A DNA stretch of 64,000 nt, taken from NCBI GenBank assembly GCA_023428695.1, contig JAEYWY010000028.1, positions 389,125 through 453,124 on the forward strand, written 5' to 3'. The stretch comes from Bacteroidota bacterium. GTDB taxonomy: Bacteria; Bacteroidota; Bacteroidia; Cytophagales; Cyclobacteriaceae. A model generated the notes under the pieces. It made no database searches. It worked only from the letters and a program-made list of their open reading frames with translations, and was not told the DNA's origin. The stretch's first letter is position 1, and every line of letters starts with the position of its first letter. The position numbers and the translations under genes were made by a program. Below, one piece after another: positions 34,950 through 42,688 of this stretch.

Positions 34950-35930
34950 ATGAAAGTACTCGAACATACAAAACTGGGGCTTCTGGTAATCGCGGGCATT
35001 GCGTTCATGATACTAACGCTGTACATGATCGGTCGCAACCGAAATCTCCTTGGTTCAACGGTATCCATATCGGTAAGGATGGACAACGTCAACGGACTTT
35101 TGCCCGGCAACAACGTCAGATTCCGGGGAATGGACGTCGGCACCGTGAAGTCGATTCAAATCGCAGACGACACATCGATATACGTGACGCTTACTATCCA
35201 GAAGAAGTATCAGCCCTATATCAGGCAGAACTCCGTCGCATCTATCGGTACCGATGGACTGATGGGGAACAAACTGGTAAACATTAATTCCGGGCCTGAT
35301 TCTGCTCCGGCAATCAGCGAAGGATCGGCTATTAAATCATTACGCCCCATCGAAACCGACGAAATGCTGCGGACATTAAACACAACCAACGACAATATCG
35401 CCGTCATCACACAAAACCTTGCGCAAATCACCGAGAAGCTCAACAGCAACAACAGCCTATGGAGCCTGCTCTCCGATACATCGATTGCCACAGATCTCAA
35501 GAAAGCTGTCAAAGATGTGCGGCACGCCGGTGAAAATCTCTCAACATTCACCGAGGATGCACAAAATGTAATGTCAGCGCTCCGTCAGGGTGAGGGACTC
35601 GCAGGGTCGTTACTGACTGACAGCACATGGAAATCGGGCATAAGTGACGCGGTAGCCAATATGAGATCGGGTAGCCAGGATCTGGCTGCCGCCATGAAGA
35701 ATCTTGATGGCTTGATTGACGAAATCTCCAAAGGGCAGGGCACGACAGGTTACCTGATCAGCGACACGCTTTTCCGCCAGAAGCTCTTAAATACAATGTC
35801 ATCTGCGGAAGAAGGTGTGTCACGATTCAGTGAAAATATGGAAGCGCTGAAACATCACTTTCTCTTTCGGCGCTATTTCCGAAAGCAGGAGAAAGAGCGA
35901 TTGAGAGAACAAAACAACAAAGTACACTAA
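34950..35930 (+). CDS. mlaD: MlaD/MCE-family substrate-binding protein
   Basis: N-terminal TM LGLLVIAGIAFMILTLYMIG. MCE fold block LLPGNNVRFRGMDVGTVKSIQI. Long helical tail. Confidence 0.85.
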   Translation: MKVLEHTKLGLLVIAGIAFMILTLYMIGRNRNLLGSTVSISVRMDNVNGLLPGNNVRFRGMDVGTVKSIQIADDTSIYVTLTIQKKYQPYIRQNSVASIGTDGLMGNKLVNINSGPDSAPAISEGSAIKSLRPIETDEMLRTLNTTNDNIAVITQNLAQITEKLNSNNSLWSLLSDTSIATDLKKAVKDVRHAGENLSTFTEDAQNVMSALRQGEGLAGSLLTDSTWKSGISDAVANMRSGSQDLAAAMKNLDGLIDEISKGQGTTGYLISDTLFRQKLLNTMSSAEEGVSRFSENMEALKHHFLFRRYFRKQEKERLREQNNKVH

Positions 35931-35944
35931 AAGCAAATCCGGCC

Positions 35945-36760
35945 ATGACAAAGATTTTGTGCCCGACCGACTTTACAGACACTGGTAATAACGGAGTTGC
36001 CTACGCAGCAAAATTCTGTCAGGCGACAGGTTCCAGCCTCAAACTGCTTCATGTGCAATCGCTTTTCGCGTTGTCGCCCATCGAAGTAGTTGGCGCTAAG
36101 TCCGATTCAGTGGAAGAAATCAGAATCAGACTTGAGCAACAACGTCAGGAAGTCGAGCGCGTGTTCCGAATATCATGTGAAGCCGAGTTACACGCCACCG
36201 CGAAATTGCTTAGCAGTGTTATTGAAAAGACCGCGATTGGACATGATCTGATTATCATGGGAACCGCTGGCAAGCGTGATCTCTTTTCGTTCCTTGCGGG
36301 GAGTAATACCTACCAGGCTATACGCAATACAAACATTCCCGTACTTTTCGTCCCCAACAATTACGTGTACTCGGCGATTGAGAAGATTGTTTACGCGTAC
36401 AATTATGTCGGAGAAGTCAAACTGCCTATGTTACAACTCAGTCTATGGGTGAAAATGCTGCGCGCGTCGCTGGACGTTCTCGACGTTGTGGACGAAGCGG
36501 TGAGCAAAGATCTCGAAGAGGCCCTTCGGGATATGCAGGAGGTAATTCAATTGCAAAATCCCGAAACACCAATACAATTCAGCTCTGTTCGCTCCGGTCA
36601 CAAGTTTGGAAGCATCCATAATCACATGGTCAGAACGAATGCTGACTTGCTGGTACTTTGCACAAAACCCAGGGGAATGTTAGGATCAATATTCCACAAG
36701 AGTGTGATAAAATCGATCAATCAGGTTGCAACGTATCCGGTATTGGTAGTCCACGAGTAA
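35945..36760 (+). CDS. tandem universal stress protein (UspA family)
   Basis: Two Usp halves: MTKILCPTDFTDTG...LKLLHV...LIIMGTAG and a second half ending ...LLVLCTK...SVIKSINQVATYPVLVV. Confidence 0.8.
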   Translation: MTKILCPTDFTDTGNNGVAYAAKFCQATGSSLKLLHVQSLFALSPIEVVGAKSDSVEEIRIRLEQQRQEVERVFRISCEAELHATAKLLSSVIEKTAIGHDLIIMGTAGKRDLFSFLAGSNTYQAIRNTNIPVLFVPNNYVYSAIEKIVYAYNYVGEVKLPMLQLSLWVKMLRASLDVLDVVDEAVSKDLEEALRDMQEVIQLQNPETPIQFSSVRSGHKFGSIHNHMVRTNADLLVLCTKPRGMLGSIFHKSVIKSINQVATYPVLVVHE

Positions 36761-36776
36761 GGACAAGCCACAAATC

Positions 36777-37898
36777 CTATTGAACGACTACCTGCAAAAA
36801 GTCCTGATCGGTATTACCAGCTGAATCCGAAACCCGAAGCCGGAAATCGTATTTACCCTTGCGCCTGGCAATTACGTTGGTATCAGGTGAGCGCGGGTTT
36901 TCAATAACAGCGGGAGGGCCACTAATCTGCTCCCATAACCAGGTCAACTCTGTTTCTTCCACACTGAATCCTTTCCCATGAATTCGAATCTGTGCTCCAG
37001 TCTTTACATGCTGGTCCCGACCGGCATCCGAGTCAGGTAAATTCTTGCCATTTCGTTTAACCTTGACGTGGTGGAGCATCCATTGGTAAATATCCTCTTC
37101 TCCTCCGGTTGCAGGTGTATAAGCGCGATCCCAAACGCCGTGCTGAAGTCCGTGATAGACTGTGAGCCGGGCTTTCTCTGCGCCTGTGGGAATACACTGG
37201 TTGATAGAGTCTATCATGAATGAATTCGTATGCAACGGCACCTGTGGATCATTGTCTCCGTGAAATGCCCAGATACCCACCTTAGCTTTCGCAATATCAT
37301 CGGCAAATGCAGGATCATTCCAGTGGGCGCATATCGGCACCGCGGCAGCGAACACGTCGGGATGCAATTGTACCGCAGAAAAGGCCCCGCCCCCGCCGAG
37401 GCTCAATCCTGTTATATAGATTCTCTTTTCATCAACGCGCAGATTGTCTCGTGCCCAGTTTACGACTTCCATGATATACGGTACCGGCCAATATTCATAA
37501 TTACTTTTTAGTTGAGGCGAGATCAGAATAAATGGAAAGTCATGACCGTGGGCAACGAGTTCCGGCGGACCAAGATTGTCAAGCCAGTAGTTTTGACTTT
37601 CGATAAGATCAGGCTGACGGGAATCGATACCACGTTCCACGATGCCGTGAAGAAAAATGACCAGGGGATACTTTTCAGAATTCGAATAATACCCGGGAGG
37701 CACATACTGCAGCAGGCCGATGCGGCCATCTGGTGTAACTTGAAAGCGTTGGCGGTTAACGGTACCGGTATTGAGCAAAATCGACAACAATACGATTGCA
37801 CCAATCATAAGGTAGCCCTTTACCGAACGGGAGGCGACCGCTCGTGTTGTGATTGACGCAGGTGAAGACCGGAAAAAATACCGAAGTCGGGCGACCAT
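36777..37898 (-). CDS. esterase (paralog of 28676-30592) with one C-terminal PKD-like domain
   Basis: ATG at 37898 (alternative ATG at 37808). Contains LVIFLHGIVERG, GLSLGGGGAF, FHGDNDPQVP. C-terminal block WLWEQISGPP...YDFRLRVSDSAGNTD. Confidence 0.85.
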   Translation of the reverse strand: MVARLRYFFRSSPASITTRAVASRSVKGYLMIGAIVLLSILLNTGTVNRQRFQVTPDGRIGLLQYVPPGYYSNSEKYPLVIFLHGIVERGIDSRQPDLIESQNYWLDNLGPPELVAHGHDFPFILISPQLKSNYEYWPVPYIMEVVNWARDNLRVDEKRIYITGLSLGGGGAFSAVQLHPDVFAAAVPICAHWNDPAFADDIAKAKVGIWAFHGDNDPQVPLHTNSFMIDSINQCIPTGAEKARLTVYHGLQHGVWDRAYTPATGGEEDIYQWMLHHVKVKRNGKNLPDSDAGRDQHVKTGAQIRIHGKGFSVEETELTWLWEQISGPPAVIENPRSPDTNVIARRKGKYDFRLRVSDSAGNTDQDFLQVVVQ

Positions 37899-37966
37899 AG
37901 TTGCTTCGCTATTCGTTCTAAAACGTGTTTAGAGACGGACAGCAAATATTGGTGCCAGTATATGGT

Positions 37967-38422
37967 TTACTTCGGATTCTGTTGGGAAGAGTCGGGGTGT
38001 CTGGAATTCCACATATCCATGTACATCTTCCACGCACCGTTAACGTCTTTCCTCCAGATAATATAGTACTTCGCAGAAAAGACCGGACTTGCGGCATCCC
38101 GTTGGGTGAAGAAGTAACCGACGTCGTGTATTTCGGATGGACCATGCATGATCAACGTATCGGGTACACTTTTGTGCATTATTGGAATGCTTGTAGTAGA
38201 CCAGAATTCAAGGATTGCATGCTTGCCCGTGATAACATCGCGCCCGGGAGCCATCAGCACGGCATCTGTGGAATAAGCGTCAGCCATTGCCTGGAAGTCG
38301 CCACGCACGTAGTCTGCCGAGAACTTTGCAGAAAGTTTTTCAATTTTTCCTGTTTCGCCGGACTGCGCACGTACGACGATGCTCGTGGCAGTAAGCAAGG
38401 CTATAATCAGATTCCGCTTCAT
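37967..38422 (-). CDS. SnoaL-like / DUF4440 (NTF2-fold) protein with signal peptide
   Basis: Signal MKRNLIIALLTATSIVVRAQ. Contains FQAMADAYSTDAVLMAPGRDVITGKHAILEFW and YYIIWRKDVNGAWKMY. Confidence 0.75.
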   Translation of the reverse strand: MKRNLIIALLTATSIVVRAQSGETGKIEKLSAKFSADYVRGDFQAMADAYSTDAVLMAPGRDVITGKHAILEFWSTTSIPIMHKSVPDTLIMHGPSEIHDVGYFFTQRDAASPVFSAKYYIIWRKDVNGAWKMYMDMWNSRHPDSSQQNPK

Positions 38423-38500
38423 GACGTTTTTTTATCCAAATGTACCGATTTATGTCGAGGCAGGTCGTGTGGTTGGTATCGGAATTTCATATGGTCCGTT

Positions 38501-38728
38501 ATGGGAAAGTCAGAAATCAACTGTCTTACTGAAAGACTTCGCGAGATTGAACGTGCGCATGCGCGGTTGTTTGCCTCCATCATCGAATTCCGGATTCAGT
38601 TGAGCATACTTAGGGATGAGCACGAAGAACTTTATTGCAGGAACCAGCAGCTCCGGGCAATCGGTGCCTTTGTGACACCCCCGAAACATGAAACGGACTC
38701 CATTCAACGAACGAGGGACACGATGTAG
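38501..38728 (+). CDS. possible small coiled-coil protein (hypothetical, weak call)
   Basis: ATG at 38501. The product has heptad-like composition (LTERLREIERAHARLFASIIEFRIQLSILRDEHEEL). It competes with an overlapping TTG-initiated antisense ORF at 38510-38833, and I cannot decide between them. Confidence 0.25.
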   Translation: MGKSEINCLTERLREIERAHARLFASIIEFRIQLSILRDEHEELYCRNQQLRAIGAFVTPPKHETDSIQRTRDTM

Positions 38729-38883
38729 TTGCCTTTTCGGGTCCCAGAACAAACGATTGATCTCCACGGATTTTATTACACTTATGCTGATCAGGTCAAA
38801 GCTTTTCGCTATTTCGGTTTCGAAGCGAACCAAAAGGCGTTATCTTTGGGGTTTGTCTAACCAACGAACTCGCTAACCGTCGA

Positions 38884-40050
38884 ATGTCTGACCGGGTATA
38901 CTTCAAGAATCTTAGTGCATTGCGTTTTTTGGCTGCTTCCGCTGTGATTTTTCACCATGTCGAACAGTATAAGTTCTGGGCCGGCATACCCAACGTCTGG
39001 GGAAATACGACAATCGATGCGCTTGGTTCGAAAGCTGTTTCGTTCTTCTTTGTGCTCAGCGGATTTCTGATTACGTATCTGCTGATGGCCGAAAAGACTA
39101 AAACCGGCGATGTTGCCATCAAAGATTTTTACGTTCGGCGAATACTTCGAATCTGGCCGGTCTATTATCTCGTGGTGATTGTTTGTCTTTTCCTCGTCCC
39201 GCTGGTTTTCGATATGTCGCTGCTGGGAATCAACCTGTATGATAATAACTTCTGGTTGAAAGTTGGTCTTTTCTTCCTTGTGCTTCCCAACCTTGTGCGT
39301 CTCTTCTCCCCTTCCATCGCCGGTGCGAATCAGCTTTGGACCATTGGAGTTGAAGAGCAGTTTTATCTGGTGTGGCCAGTATTCGTTCGCTTCTTTTTCA
39401 GGAAGCTCATCCTGTTTCTTATTTTGTTCGTGCTGACCAAGTTTGCGATTACTGCCGTACTCGATTTCATGGGCGCGAGTGGCGGAGGTCGCCTGAATAT
39501 ACTGTTCCGATTCTGGACGCAATTAAAAATCGAACAAATGGGAGTTGGAGCATTGGGTGCATGGGCTCTCTTCAAACAAAAGAAGCAGTTGCTTGCGATT
39601 GTGTTTCATCCCGTAACCATGATAGTGACAGCACTCCTGTTTGCAAGCCTGTTTATCCTGCCACTACACCATTGGTCAGTTACGTTCTTCGAAGCCGTCA
39701 TCTTCTTGTCCATCATCATGAATCTGTCGGTAAATCCGCGTGTACGCGTTTCGTTGGAGGGCACGGTCGTCACAACACTTGGAAACATATCGTATGGGAT
39801 ATACATGTATCACACGCTTTGTATAACGGCGTGCCTGTATTTCCTTATGTCCTTCAATCTGAATCAGACCAACCTACTGTTCTTTAATATTCTGCTCTAT
39901 TCAGGTTCAGTAATCCTGACTATTACAGTCGCATACTTCTCCTATGAATATTTCGAGAAATGGTTCCTACGCCTCAAGGAGCGGTTCGTTGTAATTAAAA
40001 GTGGTGCATCGACGGAAGAGACTGCGGAAAAGGAAGGAAAACCAGCGTAA
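38884..40050 (+). CDS. acyltransferase family 3 (OatA/WecH-like membrane O-acyltransferase)
   Basis: FKNLSALRFLAASAVIFHHVEQ, about 10 TM helices, and WTIGVEEQFYLVWP. Confidence 0.85.
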   Translation: MSDRVYFKNLSALRFLAASAVIFHHVEQYKFWAGIPNVWGNTTIDALGSKAVSFFFVLSGFLITYLLMAEKTKTGDVAIKDFYVRRILRIWPVYYLVVIVCLFLVPLVFDMSLLGINLYDNNFWLKVGLFFLVLPNLVRLFSPSIAGANQLWTIGVEEQFYLVWPVFVRFFFRKLILFLILFVLTKFAITAVLDFMGASGGGRLNILFRFWTQLKIEQMGVGALGAWALFKQKKQLLAIVFHPVTMIVTALLFASLFILPLHHWSVTFFEAVIFLSIIMNLSVNPRVRVSLEGTVVTTLGNISYGIYMYHTLCITACLYFLMSFNLNQTNLLFFNILLYSGSVILTITVAYFSYEYFEKWFLRLKERFVVIKSGASTEETAEKEGKPA

Positions 40051-40155
40051 GCCTGCCGGTAACTCCGAACCAGATAGCTTTTACATGAATGGTCAGACTT
40101 CCCATATTTAATGCCGACGCTATCTGCTAACTTGTATCCGTTTAGCAATCATCCA

Positions 40156-42591
40156 ATGCTCCTAAAGGCAAAGTTCCCCGGCATTATTCTGATTTCCTTC
40201 CTGGCTATCTTGCTTCTTCCCAAACAGCTGTCGGCACAAAATGAGGGCACAGTCACGGGTATCATCGTCGATTCCGCGTCATGGAAACCCCTGGGATATG
40301 CAACGGTAGCAGTATACAAGGAGCCGGGTCACACGCTAGCCGGCGGTGCAATCACGGATGACAACGGAAAATTCACAGCCACGGTACCACTCGGACGGCA
40401 CACTGCAGAGATCTCATTCATTGGTTTTGGCTCAAAACAGATTCCTGTCTTTACACTCGACGAAAGTCATCCGACACACAATGTCGGTACGGTTTACCTG
40501 GCACCGGATACCGATATCCTGAACGAAGTCGAGGTGCGGGGAGAAAAGAGTTCAATGGAGCTTTCACTGGATAAGAAAATCTTTAATGTTGGTCAGGATC
40601 TCGCCAACAGCGGTGGCAACGCAACGGATGTCCTGATGAACATCCCCTCCGTCGCTGTCGATCCGGAAGGCAACGTTCGGCTTCGGGGAAGTGACAACGT
40701 ACGCATACTCATTGATGGAAAACCGTCAGGACTTGTCAGCTTTAAGGGCGGCAGCGGACTTCAGCAACTTCAGGCCAGTATGATCGAACGTGTTGAGGTG
40801 ATAACGAATCCCTCTGCGCGATATGAAGCCGAAGGCCTGGGTGGTATTATCAACATCGTTTTGAAGAAAGAAAAGAACAGCGGCTTTAATGGTTCGTTCG
40901 ACATAATTACCGGTTATCCCGACAACCATGGGCTCGCGGCCAACGTCAACTACCGGCACAGGATGGTTAATTTCTTTGTGAACTACGGTATCGCTTACCG
41001 TGACCAACCCGGCCGCGGAAGTCTCTATCAGGAGGTCTACACACCGGATGAAACGTTTCTTTTGGACCAAACCAATCGCTCCTACGTGCAGGGCCTGAAC
41101 AATAACATACGCGGAGGAATTGACTTCTACTTCAGTGAAACCAACATCCTTACGGGATCTTACCTCTTTCGAAGAAGCGACGCCAAACGGATCACCGATA
41201 TTGTTTACCGCGACTATGCGGCCACGTTTGACAACATGCTCAGCTATACAACACGCAGGCAGGACGAAGACGAAATCGAGCCAAACTCAGAATACTCCTT
41301 AATATACAAACGCGTAATGCCCGGAAAGGACCATCAATTTCTTGCGGAAGTAAAATACCTCGACAATTGGGAAAGCTCTGACCAGACCTTCACACAATTC
41401 CATTTCAACCCCGACGGAACACCCGACCACACCAAAGATCTGATTCAAAAATCACTCAATGACGAAAGTGAGAAACAATTGTTGTTTCAGGCCGATTATA
41501 CACGACCATTGCCGGGTGATGGAAAATTCGAAACCGGAATCCGCAGCAGCTTCCGCGACATGACGAATGACTTTCTGGTGACCGAACAAAACGATGAAGG
41601 TGAATTCATTCCTCTTGAAAACCTTGACAACATATTCTTTTACGATGAAAACATCATCGCCGCTTATGCGATTCTCGGAAAGAAGACAGGCAAGGTATCC
41701 TACCAGGCCGGGCTTCGCGGTGAATGGACTGACGTGAAGACAACACTTGCTGAAACAGGTGAAGTCAACCCCAGAAAATATCACAATCTTTTTCCCAGCG
41801 TTCACATCACCTTTAACCTGCCCAGGCAAAATGATCTTCAGTTAAGTTATAGCCGGCGTATACGGAGGCCGTATTACAACGACCTGAGCCCGTTCGTTAC
41901 ATTTTCAGATGAACGAAACTTCTTCAGTGGCAACCCGGACCTTGATCCCGAGTACAGTCATGTCATTGATGCAGGATACGCACGTTATTTTGAGGCAGGA
42001 TCGATTAGCGCTTCAATTTATACGAGACTTACGACAGACAAAATTGAAAGTATTCGTCTGGTCGATCTTGATGGGTTTTCCAACACACGAACCGAAAACC
42101 TCAACGGTGAAAAAGCCTATGGCGTTGAGTTGACCGGGACAATAGACGTAACCTCGTGGTGGAAATTCGATACCAACCTGAATTTCTTTTACGCGGACGT
42201 TGACGGATCCAACATTGTTACATCCTATGCAAACACCACGTACAGCTGGTTCGCACGACAAACATCACGAATAGCCTTGCCTGCAAAAGTCGATTTACAA
42301 ATCCGGACAAATTACGAAGCGCCTCAGAAAACAGTTCAGGGCCGGCGAAAGTCACTCTTCTACACAGATATATCCCTGAGCAAAGACATTCTGAAAGGCA
42401 ACGGTACAATTAATCTCACAACGCTTGACCTTTTTAATTCACGAAGATTTCGCAGTACCGCAGAAGGCGCAACGTTTTTCTCTGACCGCGACTTTCAATA
42501 CCGCCGGCGCCAGGTCAACCTCACTTTCAGTTATAGAATCCGTCAGACTAAGGGGCAGCGTCAGAAACGCGATATCGTTCCCACTGAATAA
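40156..42591 (+). CDS. outer-membrane beta-barrel / TonB-dependent receptor-like protein with carboxypeptidase-regulatory N-domain
   Basis: Start at MLLKAKFPGIILISFLAILLLPKQLSAQ (40156). CarbopepD_reg block GTVTGIIVDSASWKPLGYATVAVY. Plug-like block NVRLRGSDNVRILIDGKPS. Terminal ...LTFSYRI beta-signal region. Confidence 0.8.
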   Translation: MLLKAKFPGIILISFLAILLLPKQLSAQNEGTVTGIIVDSASWKPLGYATVAVYKEPGHTLAGGAITDDNGKFTATVPLGRHTAEISFIGFGSKQIPVFTLDESHPTHNVGTVYLAPDTDILNEVEVRGEKSSMELSLDKKIFNVGQDLANSGGNATDVLMNIPSVAVDPEGNVRLRGSDNVRILIDGKPSGLVSFKGGSGLQQLQASMIERVEVITNPSARYEAEGLGGIINIVLKKEKNSGFNGSFDIITGYPDNHGLAANVNYRHRMVNFFVNYGIAYRDQPGRGSLYQEVYTPDETFLLDQTNRSYVQGLNNNIRGGIDFYFSETNILTGSYLFRRSDAKRITDIVYRDYAATFDNMLSYTTRRQDEDEIEPNSEYSLIYKRVMPGKDHQFLAEVKYLDNWESSDQTFTQFHFNPDGTPDHTKDLIQKSLNDESEKQLLFQADYTRPLPGDGKFETGIRSSFRDMTNDFLVTEQNDEGEFIPLENLDNIFFYDENIIAAYAILGKKTGKVSYQAGLRGEWTDVKTTLAETGEVNPRKYHNLFPSVHITFNLPRQNDLQLSYSRRIRRPYYNDLSPFVTFSDERNFFSGNPDLDPEYSHVIDAGYARYFEAGSISASIYTRLTTDKIESIRLVDLDGFSNTRTENLNGEKAYGVELTGTIDVTSWWKFDTNLNFFYADVDGSNIVTSYANTTYSWFARQTSRIALPAKVDLQIRTNYEAPQKTVQGRRKSLFYTDISLSKDILKGNGTINLTTLDLFNSRRFRSTAEGATFFSDRDFQYRRRQVNLTFSYRIRQTKGQRQKRDIVPTE

Positions 42592-42688
42592 CCGGCATTC
42601 AAAGTCCCCCAGCCTTAGGGACGCATAACAACGTCAATATTCCGATTTTGTTTGACGATATCCCCTTAAAAACGGGAGACCAAAACCA

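Noticed and set aside
37925-38728. 267-aa plus-strand ORF.
   Set aside because: Most of it is antisense to the well-supported DUF4440 gene (37967-38422) and has a Cys/Arg/His-rich shadow-ORF composition. Only its last 75 codons (38501-38728) lie outside that gene, and they are listed separately as a weak call.
38857-39522. 221-aa minus-strand ORF.
   Set aside because: It is antisense to the acyltransferase-3 gene, whose product has clear family motifs. The composition is low-complexity (E/K/Q/H-rich) and typical of a shadow frame.
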